This document shows, piece after piece, positions 39,888 to 49,611 of a DNA stretch of 64,000 bases; within the stretch, counting starts at the first letter, position 1, and each line of letters begins with the position of its first letter. The DNA is taken from assembly GCA_042568575.1 (NCBI GenBank), contig JBHPIO010000003.1:1-64000 (forward strand). The letters are read 5' to 3'. The notes under the pieces were generated by a model. That model was not told the DNA's origin. It ran no database searches and saw only the letters and a program-made list of their open reading frames with translations. A program made the translations under genes and the position numbers. This stretch comes from Patescibacteria group bacterium. Its GTDB lineage: Bacteria; Patescibacteriota; Gracilibacteria; UBA1369; PNNO01.

Positions 39888-40892
39888 TTACATCTGTTTT
39901 CCAATATATTCAACCATATCAACTGTTCTTTCTGAGTAACCCCATTCGTTGTCATACCATGCAATTACTTTCACCAGGTTTCCCATCACCATTGTGGAAA
40001 GCCCATCAATAACAGATGAGAAGTGAGTTCCTTTGTAATCGATTGATACTAGTGGTTCTTCAGAGAATCCAAGGATTCCTTTTAGTCTATCTTTAGATGC
40101 TTTTTTCAAAATTTCATTTACTTCTTCTGCGCTTGTTTCTTTTTCAACATTGCATACGAAGTCAACAAGTGAAACAGTTGGAAGTGGCACACGAATCGCC
40201 ATTCCGTTTAATTTCCCTTCCATCTCCGGGATAACAAGTGCAACTGCTTTTGCAGCTCCAGTTGTTGTTGGAATCATTGAAGAAATAGCGGCTCTTCCAC
40301 GTCGTAAGTCTTTGTGAGCAGCGTCCAGCATGTTTTGAGATGTTGTAACTGCGTGAATTGTTGTTAGGAGTCCTTTCTCGATTCCAAGTTTTTCGTGAAG
40401 CACTTTAATTACAGGTGCAATACAGTTTGTTGTACAAGAAGCATTTGAAATTAGAAGATCTTTTTCTGCGTGCAGCTCTTCTTCGTTAACCCCCATTACG
40501 AGAGTTCTGTCGATATCTTTTCCAGGCGCACTAATAAGTACTTTTTTTGCTCCAGCCTGAAGGTGCTTTGATGCTCCTTCTCTAGTTCTAAATGCTCCAG
40601 TTGCTTCAAGTGCGATATCAATATTGTTGTCACGATGAGGAAGCTCAAGCGGTTCACGTGTGTGGTAAAGTTTGATTGATTTACCATTTACGATCATTTC
40701 ATCTTCGCTTTTTACTTCAATGTCAGCATCGAGCGTTCCATAACTTGAGTCGTACTTAAGCATGTGAGCCATTGTTGCTGCATTGTTTGGATCGTTGATT
40801 GCAACGATGTCAAATTTGTCTCTTAGCAAGTTTATGCGAAAAACAAGTCGTCCAATTCGGCCAAAGCCGTTTATTGCTACTCTAGGTTTCAT
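39888..40892 (-). CDS. gap: Type I glyceraldehyde-3-phosphate dehydrogenase
   Basis: AINGFGRIGR, SNASCTTNC, WYDNEWGYS; likely start at 40892. Confidence 0.98.
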   Translation of the reverse strand: MKPRVAINGFGRIGRLVFRINLLRDKFDIVAINDPNNAATMAHMLKYDSSYGTLDADIEVKSEDEMIVNGKSIKLYHTREPLELPHRDNNIDIALEATGAFRTREGASKHLQAGAKKVLISAPGKDIDRTLVMGVNEEELHAEKDLLISNASCTTNCIAPVIKVLHEKLGIEKGLLTTIHAVTTSQNMLDAAHKDLRRGRAAISSMIPTTTGAAKAVALVIPEMEGKLNGMAIRVPLPTVSLVDFVCNVEKETSAEEVNEILKKASKDRLKGILGFSEEPLVSIDYKGTHFSSVIDGLSTMVMGNLVKVIAWYDNEWGYSERTVDMVEYIGKQM

Positions 40893-40971
40893 AATATATA
40901 GTGTGTTAAGGATGCGCAGATAGTAATAGCGCACCAAGTGCCCACGGTCAATTAATTTTTATAAAATTTAT

Positions 40972-41580
40972 ATGAAAAGAATAAATGTTACGAAAGAAAA
41001 GTGGAAAGATTCGATTGTTGATGAAGCTGTTTTGGTTCTTAAGAATGGGGGAATAGTTATGCATCCTACAGATACTTGTTATGGACTTGCGGTTGATGTT
41101 TTTAACGAGGAGGCTTTGCACAAATTATATTCTTTAAAAAGAATGGATGAATATAAACCCGTAAGTATTATTGTTACTTCTATTGAAGATGCGAAACAAT
41201 GGGGAGAGGTAGATGAGAAGGCGGAAGATTTGATGCGTCGATTTTGGCCTGGTCCTTACACTTTTTTAGTTAAACGAAAAAGCACCCTGCCAATGTTTTT
41301 TAACAAGGGGATTGATAAAGTTGGGTTACGTAATCCGGCTTCACCTAATGTTATGGAAGTTGTTAAGAAATTTGGCCGTCCAATAACAACGACTAGTGCG
41401 AATATTTCGGGTAGGCCAGAAACTTACGATGCTTCAGAGTTTCTTGGGCAGATAAAGGGTGAGGATAACTCTGTAAAGCCTGATTTGATTATAGATATAG
41501 GCTTGATTGGCGAAAACGAACCATCAACTGTTTATGATATTGAAAATGATGTTTGTTTGAGAGGGAGTATCGATTTATAA
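40972..41580 (+). CDS. tsaC: Threonylcarbamoyl-AMP synthase (Sua5/TsaC family)
   Basis: PTDTCYGL, LKR, FWPGPYT, TTTSANISG. Confidence 0.92.
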   Translation: MKRINVTKEKWKDSIVDEAVLVLKNGGIVMHPTDTCYGLAVDVFNEEALHKLYSLKRMDEYKPVSIIVTSIEDAKQWGEVDEKAEDLMRRFWPGPYTFLVKRKSTLPMFFNKGIDKVGLRNPASPNVMEVVKKFGRPITTTSANISGRPETYDASEFLGQIKGEDNSVKPDLIIDIGLIGENEPSTVYDIENDVCLRGSIDL

Positions 41581-42036
41581 GATACTAACTATGCCCATTG
41601 CACCTAAAGTAATTACTATTCCAGCAATTGCGAGTCCTATTGCGATGAGCCCCATTGCCTTCCAGTATTTTATTCCGAAAAGGAAAGCCACTAGGCTTCC
41701 TGTCCATCCACCGCTTCCAGGAAGTGGGATTGCTACGAATACTATTAGTAGGATTGGTCCGTACTTTTCTAATGCATCTTTGTGCTTATGCTGTGTTTTT
41801 TCAAACAGTTTAGTAAAGAACTTATTGAAGAACTTAGAATGACGCATTAAAAACCGTGAAACTGGTCCAAGTAGCCAAAGTATAAAGAAGCACGGGATGA
41901 TATTACCTATATATGCCCATAAAAATACAGCTTCTGCCGGCATTCCCATTGCAAATCCAACAGGGATTGATCCGCGCAGTTCTATGATTGGAAGCATTGA
42001 AGAGAAAAAAACTATAATTTCAGGAGGCATGTTCAA
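41575..42036 (-). CDS. Putative small multi-drug export family membrane protein
   Basis: SMLPIIELRGSIP and FVAIPLPGSGGWTG motifs. Confidence 0.88.
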   Translation of the reverse strand: MNMPPEIIVFFSSMLPIIELRGSIPVGFAMGMPAEAVFLWAYIGNIIPCFFILWLLGPVSRFLMRHSKFFNKFFTKLFEKTQHKHKDALEKYGPILLIVFVAIPLPGSGGWTGSLVAFLFGIKYWKAMGLIAIGLAIAGIVITLGAMGIVSIL

Positions 42037-42306
42037 AAGATTTATACTGGTATTTTTTTATGCGCCTGTTTTTGTTTTATCATAGTCGATACTAATTGCC
42101 AAGACATAATCTTGTACAAAAAAATTACGCAATATTTACACTTTTGAACAATAGGAATGTATAATAAGCTTCGATGGCTTATTTAAAAGGAGAAGGTACG
42201 CCTGGATATCGTTTTGGAACACAAAACTTACTCTGTTTTTGGTAGAATCATTGACAGAAGAGTGTAAAAACCTTAATTTAGAGACGTATTCCGATGATCT
42301 AAAAAG

Positions 42307-42337
42307 TTATACACATTTTGTGCACAAGTTTTGAACA
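42307..42337 (+). promoter_or_regulatory. Three phased DnaA-box-like sites
   Basis: TTATACACA-tt-TTGTGCACA-ag-TTTTGAACA at 11-bp period. Confidence 0.6.
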
Positions 42338-42359
42338 GCAGAAGTGATAAAAACCTAGA

Positions 42360-43307
42360 ATGCCGCTTAACAAAAAGAATTATGGTCATGATCCTGTCCT
42401 TACTGAAACTGTTGAAAAGTATGCGGGACTACAAAAAGGTGACACGGTCATCGATTGCACATTAGGTCTTGGGGGGCACAGCGAAATGTTCCTAGAAATG
42501 ATAGGGAAGAAAGGAACTTTAGTTGCGTTTGAACAGGACGAAAGGAATCTAGAAGTTGCTAAGAAACGTCTTAACGAAAACAAAAACAAAATTCTTTTTA
42601 TCCACAAAAACTTTGTTCATTTACAACAAGAGGTTCAAGAGAGAAAGATAGAAGGAATTAAGTTGATATTCATGGATTTGGGACTAGCGTCGACACATAT
42701 TGATGATCCGGAGAGAGGATTTGCCTTTCTACATGATGGACCGCTTGATATGCGATTCGATAAAAGAAGTCCACTCACTGCAGAAAGAATTCTAGAACGA
42801 TACTCGGTTAAAAGGTTGGAAGAAATATTTAAAGTTTATGGAGAAGAACGATATAGCAAGAAATTTGCCAGAATCATTAAAGAAAATATTCCTTTTCATA
42901 CAACTACGGAGCTAGCGAACTTTATAGAGCAGCATTATCCAAAAGGAAAACAGAAAAGAGGAAAAAGGATACATCCTGCCACAAAAATATTTCAGGCCCT
43001 CAGAATCGAAGTTAATAATGAGCTTGAAATATTGGAAGACACATTACAGCAAGCAATAGAGGTACTGGATAAAGGAGGAAGGTTAATGGTTATCTCGTAT
43101 CACTCACTGGAAGACAGAATAGTAAAAAGAGCGATGAAAGCGGCTACTAAGGAATGTATCTGCCCACCAGAAAAACCGATATGTGATTGCAACCACAAAC
43201 CAGTACTTAAAATCCTTACTAAAAAACCGATCACGCCAACAGAAGAAGAAATTGAAAAAAACCCGCGAAGCAGAAGTGCAAAATTACGAACCTCAGAAAA
43301 AATCTAA
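42360..43307 (+). CDS. rsmH: 16S rRNA m4C1402 methyltransferase
   Basis: DCTLGLGGHS, GPLDMRFD, FQALRIEVN, ISYHSLEDRIVK, NPRSRSAKLR. Confidence 0.97.
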   Translation: MPLNKKNYGHDPVLTETVEKYAGLQKGDTVIDCTLGLGGHSEMFLEMIGKKGTLVAFEQDERNLEVAKKRLNENKNKILFIHKNFVHLQQEVQERKIEGIKLIFMDLGLASTHIDDPERGFAFLHDGPLDMRFDKRSPLTAERILERYSVKRLEEIFKVYGEERYSKKFARIIKENIPFHTTTELANFIEQHYPKGKQKRGKRIHPATKIFQALRIEVNNELEILEDTLQQAIEVLDKGGRLMVISYHSLEDRIVKRAMKAATKECICPPEKPICDCNHKPVLKILTKKPITPTEEEIEKNPRSRSAKLRTSEKI

Positions 43308-43348
43308 AAATTAGAAATCTTTATATATACAAATAACAATCTCCCTCA

Positions 43349-43705
43349 ATGTCACAAGTTATCGTAAATAGGAACTCACTTGCATACAGACGCCGCAGGC
43401 AGTCGATGCAAAAGATTAGCTTAAAACCATTTTTGTTGATGGTTTCTATGGGGCTTTTTATAAGCTTTTTAAGTGTGATGATGCTTGTGAATTTTAATAT
43501 GGCTTCTACAAAGGGATATACAATTAAATATTTAGAGGTACAGCAACAAGGACTTTGGGAAGAGAACGAGGAACTTAAGAAAGATTTACTGGAGCAAAAG
43601 GCATTGTCTGTGTTAAGCGAAAGTGAAAAAGCGAGATCGATGGTGAAACCGGGAAGAATTACCTATGTCTCAGGGCATAGCACAGTTGCACAAGTTACTG
43701 ACTGA
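43349..43705 (+). CDS. ftsL: FtsL-like cell division protein
   Basis: Directly after rsmH; basic N-terminus, single TM, coiled coil. Confidence 0.65.
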   Translation: MSQVIVNRNSLAYRRRRQSMQKISLKPFLLMVSMGLFISFLSVMMLVNFNMASTKGYTIKYLEVQQQGLWEENEELKKDLLEQKALSVLSESEKARSMVKPGRITYVSGHSTVAQVTD

Positions 43706-43744
43706 TTGATTTTCAGATAAGATTGCTAAGGTTGGGCCACAAAT

Positions 43745-43787
43745 AAAAAAATCCTCCTCGATAGGCTTTCCGGGGGGATTTTTTTTT
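43745..43787. terminator. Intrinsic terminator
   Basis: A-run-TCCTCC...GGGGGA-T run. Confidence 0.7.
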
Positions 43788-43831
43788 GCTATAGTTACTT
43801 CCGGCTTTTCTATTTTTATAACCGGACAAAA

Positions 43832-44866
43832 ATGGCTGATTTGGCACCTTTTTCAAAAGACAACAATCCTAATATTCGCGAATTAACTGGCGGATATACT
43901 TTATCAAACCTTAAAACTCTCCTTAGCGTAGCGGATAAACATGGTTTTGGTATTCCTGCATGTAACGCGCGTCATAAAACAATTGCGGAAGCGATTCTTG
44001 ATGCAGCTTGGGAAGCAAAATCTCCAATTATCATTGAAATTGCTGAGAGTGAATCAGGATATTGCCCAATGCAACCTGACATGCTTTCGGACATCGTTCA
44101 TAACGCAATCGAAGAACGAATAGCAAAATATGGGTATAGCGTGCCAGTTTGTCTTCATCATGATCATATTCAAAAAGATGTTGATGGATGCATACAAAAA
44201 TCAATCGATGCAGGATTCTCATCTGTAGAAGTTGATCTTTCTAAACTTCCAACTGAAGAAAACGCAGCAAAGTGTAGGGAAGTTGTTGAAAAAATTCACC
44301 CACTTGGAATTTCTATTGAAGTTGAAGAAGGTGAAATTGGAGCGGCATCTGCTCTTGCAGATCCTGACGTAGAACAGAATATTGCCAACTATTACACAAA
44401 GACTGAAGATGCGGTTAAGCTTGTTGAAGGATCTAAGCCAGAGGCGCTAGCGTTCTTTGTTGGAAATGGTCACGGAGTTTATTTGAAAGAACCACACTTA
44501 GGATTCGATCGTATTAAAGAAATTTGTGATCAGATTCGTCCTCTTGGAGCTTATGGAGTTTTACATGGTGGAAGTGGAATCTCGCCTGAAATGTTCCAGA
44601 AAGCAGTTGAAGCTGGTGCTCGAAAGTTCAACTACGCTACAACGCTTCAGAACATTTGGTTTAAATACTTCCCTCAGGAACTTACAGAAGCTATGGATAA
44701 AGCAGCTAAAGAAAACGAAAAACCTTTCCGAAAAGTTCTTTACATGTTTATTGACGAGGTAAACAAACTTGATCACACAGAGGCTAAGAAGGAAATTGCG
44801 GAGCATTTAAAGATGATGTTTAAAGAAGCTTTCCTTTGTGATGGTAAGGCTGATCTATACAATTAA
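43832..44866 (+). CDS. fba: Class II fructose-bisphosphate aldolase
   Basis: VCLHHDH, GNGHGVY, VLHGGSG; adjacent to FBPase. Confidence 0.9.
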   Translation: MADLAPFSKDNNPNIRELTGGYTLSNLKTLLSVADKHGFGIPACNARHKTIAEAILDAAWEAKSPIIIEIAESESGYCPMQPDMLSDIVHNAIEERIAKYGYSVPVCLHHDHIQKDVDGCIQKSIDAGFSSVEVDLSKLPTEENAAKCREVVEKIHPLGISIEVEEGEIGAASALADPDVEQNIANYYTKTEDAVKLVEGSKPEALAFFVGNGHGVYLKEPHLGFDRIKEICDQIRPLGAYGVLHGGSGISPEMFQKAVEAGARKFNYATTLQNIWFKYFPQELTEAMDKAAKENEKPFRKVLYMFIDEVNKLDHTEAKKEIAEHLKMMFKEAFLCDGKADLYN

Positions 44867-44877
44867 AAAACTAAATT

Positions 44878-45795
44878 ATGTCTATTGTTTCACTTGATAA
44901 GCATCTGCGCGATGCAAAGATCGATCACGATTTACGTCATGTTATAGGAATAATCGCGCGTAGTGCTAAGTATGTTCATAATGCAATGCAAACTGGTGAT
45001 CTTGGTCTTGCTGGTACTAGTAATATGTATGGCGAAGATCAACTTGCACTTGATGTGCTTTCGAATCAGATCTTTGTTAAAGAGCTTGAAGATTCACACT
45101 TAACTTCATGTCTTGCGTCTGAGGAGATGGAAGAAATCTGTAAAATTCCACTGGAGAAACAAGGGAAGTATGCTGTTGTTTTCGATCCACTTGATGGCTC
45201 TTCACTTGTTAATGCTAATTTTTCTATTGGAAGTATCTTTGGAATTTATGAGGGCGACAAGATTATGGGGAAAAAAGGTGATGATCAAGTAGCTTCAATT
45301 GTGGTTGTTTATGGACCACGCGTAACGCTTCTTTATACTGTTAAAAGCGGTGTTCATGAATTTATTTTGAATGCAGTTGGAGAATTTATTCTAACTCAGG
45401 AAAACATTAAGGTTGAGAAGGATGCGAAGAATTTTGCGCCAGGAAATCTGCGTGCAACTGTTACTGAGGAGAAATATGCGAAGTTGATTCAGAGTTGGAT
45501 GGATGAAAAATATACATTAAGATATTCGGGAGGAATGGTTCCTGACATCAATCATATATTCATGAAAGGGCAGGGAATATTTACTTACCCAGGTTATGAG
45601 GACGCGCCACAAGGGAAACTTCGGCTTCTTTATGAATGCGCTCCAATGGCACTTTTAATGGAGCAGGCGGGTGGAAGAGCAACTAATGGAAACAAAAGAA
45701 TCCTTGATATTGAAATTGAAAAACTGGATCAGAGAACGCCTATTTTCCTTGGAAGTGAGAACGAAGTTATAAAAGCTGAGAAAGCTCTTTCATAG
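44878..45795 (+). CDS. fbp: Class I fructose-1,6-bisphosphatase
   Basis: GEDQLALDV, FDPLDGSS, RYSGGMVPD, KLRLLYECAP. Confidence 0.96.
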   Translation: MSIVSLDKHLRDAKIDHDLRHVIGIIARSAKYVHNAMQTGDLGLAGTSNMYGEDQLALDVLSNQIFVKELEDSHLTSCLASEEMEEICKIPLEKQGKYAVVFDPLDGSSLVNANFSIGSIFGIYEGDKIMGKKGDDQVASIVVVYGPRVTLLYTVKSGVHEFILNAVGEFILTQENIKVEKDAKNFAPGNLRATVTEEKYAKLIQSWMDEKYTLRYSGGMVPDINHIFMKGQGIFTYPGYEDAPQGKLRLLYECAPMALLMEQAGGRATNGNKRILDIEIEKLDQRTPIFLGSENEVIKAEKALS

Positions 45796-45834
45796 AAAAT
45801 TGTAAAGAAACCTACGTGAATACGTTTACTAATT

Positions 45835-46416
45835 ATGATGAATATTAAAGATTCTAAAATTTCGGATAAAGAGATTGAGAAACTGGTTGTGAAGAGCCAG
45901 CAGGGAGACGCGGATGCTTTTGCGATCGTTTACGATACATACGTCACTCCTATCTATCGTTATATTTTTTATAAAGTGAAAAGGGAGGATGTTGAAGATC
46001 TTGTTGAACAGCTTTTTCTTAAGGCATGGGAGAACATTCGTAAATATAAGAAAAGAGATAAGACTACTTTTAAATCCTGGCTTTTTAGAATTGCTCACAA
46101 TCTTGTTGTTGATCACTATCGTCTTACAAGAGAGCATTCTTCGCTTGATCCACGATTATCTGACACTAAAAGGGAGTCTAATCCTGTTGGGCAGGCCTCT
46201 GAGAGTTTAAATAATGAACATTTACAGAGGGCGATTAAAAAGTTAAAGCCTAATTATCAGCAAATTGTTATTTTGAAATTCTTGAATGAATTATCAAATG
46301 AAGAAATTAGCAAGGTATTGAAGAAAAGCGAGGGGAGCGTGCGAATTTTGCAGTTTAGGGCACTTAAAGCTCTGAAAATTATTCTATCTGATATGGGTGT
46401 GAATTCGTATGAGTAA
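45835..46416 (+). CDS. ECF-family RNA polymerase sigma factor
   Basis: EDLVEQLFLKAW, FKSWLFRIAHN and a region 4 HTH (LSNEEISKVL..SEGSVRILQFRAL). Confidence 0.95.
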   Translation: MMNIKDSKISDKEIEKLVVKSQQGDADAFAIVYDTYVTPIYRYIFYKVKREDVEDLVEQLFLKAWENIRKYKKRDKTTFKSWLFRIAHNLVVDHYRLTREHSSLDPRLSDTKRESNPVGQASESLNNEHLQRAIKKLKPNYQQIVILKFLNELSNEEISKVLKKSEGSVRILQFRALKALKIILSDMGVNSYE

Positions 46417-46470
46417 CAAAATCCAACTTTTGTCGTTAGTTATAACGCAATAAGGCATAAAAGGGGAACC

Positions 46471-47697
46471 ATGAAAAACGATTATAAAAAACTGGAAAAA
46501 GCGCTTAGCGCTCTTAAGAAACCTTCTTTAGATGAGGGTATTAAGGGACGTATCAAAAGCAATATAGTTCAGCAAATAAGAGTAAATGAGCCTATTCCTG
46601 CTACTTATTCTAGATTAAAAGATGCACTCCATAAACTTGCAAGTACTGTTAAACCGGAGTCGACGGTGAGAGCTAGAATGAAAGAAGTAGTTCTTTCGAG
46701 TATCGAGCGTTTATCTATAAAGAAAAGCTTCTTTAGAAATACCTTAGGCAATTGGCAGAGAGCATTTGCTTCTTTCTTTATCGTCATGTTTACTTTTGGA
46801 GCTATAACTTTCTACATTAAAGATATTCCGGTTACAAACGCAGCTCTTAAGACTGTATTCAATAAGGTTTTTGGGACAGTTGAAGTAATAAGAAATGGTG
46901 AAAGGATCGAAGCTGAAAAGGATATGAGTCTTAAACAAGGCGATATTGTTGTTACTGGCGAAGATGGAATTGCTGTTATTCGTTATGTTGATAACTCTAT
47001 TACACGTCTTTCTCCAGAAAGTGAACTTAAGATACATAAGTTGTATCAGGATGTTCTTGATGAAACTAAGACTGAAGTTGAAGTTGAGTTAACACAAGGT
47101 CGTGTATGGACTCAGGTTGTGAATACTGACTCTAACGAAGCGACTTTTAAGGTTGCTGCTAATGATATTACTGCTAACGCTCAAGTAACAACATCATTTG
47201 ATATTAAACACGAAGATGAAGATGAGGGAGTTACAGTTTCTGTATTTGATAATGAAATTGAAGTTACTGTACAGGATGTAGAGGATCAAACACAGGTTAT
47301 TCACGAAGGATATGCTGTGGAAATTAATGATACCTCAGAACTCGAGGTTGTTACGCATTCAAATGGTGATGCTGAAGATAAATTGTGGGTTAATGTAAAT
47401 ACGGCTGAAGATAAAGAATATACTGAAGGTATGGTTGTAGAAGAAAGCGTGATTGCGGAAGAAACTGTTGTTGAGCCAGTTGTTACTGCTGTTAAAGCTC
47501 CAGTTGTAGAGGAAGAAGAGGTTGTTGAAGAACCTTCTGAACAAGATGTAGCTACACTTGCTGAAGTTGAGGTTGTTGAAGAACCAGTAATCGAAGAAGT
47601 AACTGAGGAGCCTGTTGTTGAAGAGCCAACAGAAACTACGCCAGAAGAGCCAACAGAGCCAGGATCAACCCGGTCATTGCAACGATCCCCCCAATAA
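46471..47697 (+). CDS. Putative anti-sigma factor (TM plus FecR-like domain, acidic tail)
   Basis: Follows the ECF sigma; GDIVVTGEDG...TRLSPESEL...LTQGRVW FecR-like beta domain. Confidence 0.8.
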   Translation: MKNDYKKLEKALSALKKPSLDEGIKGRIKSNIVQQIRVNEPIPATYSRLKDALHKLASTVKPESTVRARMKEVVLSSIERLSIKKSFFRNTLGNWQRAFASFFIVMFTFGAITFYIKDIPVTNAALKTVFNKVFGTVEVIRNGERIEAEKDMSLKQGDIVVTGEDGIAVIRYVDNSITRLSPESELKIHKLYQDVLDETKTEVEVELTQGRVWTQVVNTDSNEATFKVAANDITANAQVTTSFDIKHEDEDEGVTVSVFDNEIEVTVQDVEDQTQVIHEGYAVEINDTSELEVVTHSNGDAEDKLWVNVNTAEDKEYTEGMVVEESVIAEETVVEPVVTAVKAPVVEEEEVVEEPSEQDVATLAEVEVVEEPVIEEVTEEPVVEEPTETTPEEPTEPGSTRSLQRSPQ

Positions 47698-48700
47698 TCC
47701 AGAAGCGCATTACAACTTTTGCTTCTGACCAGCCGATATGTTCAAAATGGTGATGAAGCGGAGCTATCTTAAATACCTTTTTCTTGAATAGCTTTTTTGA
47801 AACTAATTGAATAATTACAGATAGTGTTTCTATAACGAAAACAAATCCAATAAGGATCAACGGAATGAATGAGTCTGTGAGCATGGCTATTACCCCTAAT
47901 GTGGCTCCAAGTGCCAAAGAGCCTGTATCACCCATATAGAACTTTGCGGGCGGTACATTGAACCATAAGAAGGCTAGCGTTGCTCCTGTTATAACTGCGC
48001 ATAGAGATGCTAAAAGAAGTAGTCCTTCCGCAAACGCAATTACACCAAACGATGCAAATGCTATTACAAGGAGGCCTCCTGCTAGTCCATCAAGGCCATC
48101 TGTGAAGTTAACTGCATTAGCTGTCGAAATGATTACAAGCATGAATAGGGGAATGTACCAGATTCCTAGGGGCACGTCTCCGAAACCAGGAAGGTTGAAC
48201 TGGTCATAACCTAGCTTGTAGTGGAACCATAATCCTCCAAGAAGCGCAAAAAAGAATAACCACAAGAACTTTGGTTTTATATTTATTCCTTTAGATTTCC
48301 CAAGTCCTTTTATATTAAAATAATCGTCAACTGCTCCAAGAACTGCAATAACAAGTAATGTAGCCACAGGAAGCCAGGTTTCTTTTCTGTTTAAAAGTGA
48401 ATGGTCTACAAGTCCGACTGCCGATAAAAGGCGACTTCCGAGCACAATAATAAGTGTTGTTCCCCAAATAAGAATTCCTCCCATTGTTGGTGTGCCCGCT
48501 TTTCCTTTATGTAGTGCGTGATATCTTTTTGCAGGTTCACCTGTTGAAGCTACTTCTCGAATTTGTTTGTGAATTTTATATTTCGTCAAAACTTTTATAA
48601 GTGGTTTTGCAAGAAACAAAGCCAGAACAAAAGCAGCCGAAAAAGAAAGGAATATAAGTGTTAAATGGCGCAGAATAAGGCTCAGATCGTATTCAAACAT
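47636..48700 (-). CDS. mraY: Phospho-N-acetylmuramoyl-pentapeptide transferase
   Basis: GTPTMGG, NAVNFTDGLDGL, YMGDTGS, APLHHHFE; likely start at 48700. Confidence 0.97.
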   Translation of the reverse strand: MFEYDLSLILRHLTLIFLSFSAAFVLALFLAKPLIKVLTKYKIHKQIREVASTGEPAKRYHALHKGKAGTPTMGGILIWGTTLIIVLGSRLLSAVGLVDHSLLNRKETWLPVATLLVIAVLGAVDDYFNIKGLGKSKGINIKPKFLWLFFFALLGGLWFHYKLGYDQFNLPGFGDVPLGIWYIPLFMLVIISTANAVNFTDGLDGLAGGLLVIAFASFGVIAFAEGLLLLASLCAVITGATLAFLWFNVPPAKFYMGDTGSLALGATLGVIAMLTDSFIPLILIGFVFVIETLSVIIQLVSKKLFKKKVFKIAPLHHHFEHIGWSEAKVVMRFWIIGGIVAMTGLILALLALLA

Positions 48701-48714
48701 AGGGAATAGGGGAA

Positions 48715-49608
48715 TTACCAGATATAAGATCGGAATGCCCAAGATGCGAGTCTTTTTGTCTCGGTAAACCGGGCAGGACTATTAAGTACGACGGTAATAA
48801 TTTTGTTATCGTTGTCGTTTTCAATTATCGATACAAAGCATAATCCCGCGAGTTCGGTATGTCCAGTTTTTAATCCAAGAACATTCATAAATCCTCCCAG
48901 AAGATCATTTGTTGATTCAAGATCATGGCTCAATGAACCATCAGCCGAAGAAATACTCATAGATGGGATAATAACGGCCCTGCGAATAAATGGCTTACGG
49001 TAGGCGTATCTTGCAAGCAATGCAAGGTCGTGAACTGTCGAATAATTTTCAAGCGCATCAAACCCTATTGGGTTTTCATAGTGTGTACTATACAAACCAA
49101 TTTTCTTTGTTTTGTCATTCATTTTTTGAACAAAGGTTGGAACGTCTCCTCCAATATGTTCAGCAACTGCAACTGCAGCATCATTTCCAGAGTGAATTAG
49201 AATTGCTAAAAGAAGATTTCTAAGCGTGATTTCTTCTCCACCATAAAGCCAAACTTTAGATCCTTCTGTTTGCGCGGCTTTGCTGCTTACATAAACAGTT
49301 TCGTCAAGATCACCTTCTTCAAGCGCGATTATAGCTGTCATTAATTTTGTTATACTTGCGATTTGCAACTTGGTATCCGGATTTTTTTCGTACAAAATGG
49401 TACCACTATCAAAGTCTACAATAATTGCTGCCTCTGCTTCTATTATTGGTGCGATCGAATGTTCTTTCTTCAAAGGGATCGACGAAGATGGAAGTGTTTC
49501 TTCGTATGAAACCGGATTCTCTACAGGTTCTTCAACAGGAGTATCTATCGCGATATCTCCAGTGCCGATCGTAATCGCAGCGTAAAGTTGTAAAAAGGAA
49601 GTAAGCAT
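48715..49608 (-). CDS. D-alanyl-D-alanine carboxypeptidase (peptidase S11)
   Basis: ASITK (SxxK), SGN and KTG motifs. Confidence 0.93.
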   Translation of the reverse strand: MLTSFLQLYAAITIGTGDIAIDTPVEEPVENPVSYEETLPSSSIPLKKEHSIAPIIEAEAAIIVDFDSGTILYEKNPDTKLQIASITKLMTAIIALEEGDLDETVYVSSKAAQTEGSKVWLYGGEEITLRNLLLAILIHSGNDAAVAVAEHIGGDVPTFVQKMNDKTKKIGLYSTHYENPIGFDALENYSTVHDLALLARYAYRKPFIRRAVIIPSMSISSADGSLSHDLESTNDLLGGFMNVLGLKTGHTELAGLCFVSIIENDNDNKIITVVLNSPARFTETKRLASWAFRSYIW

Positions 49609-49611
49609 TAT

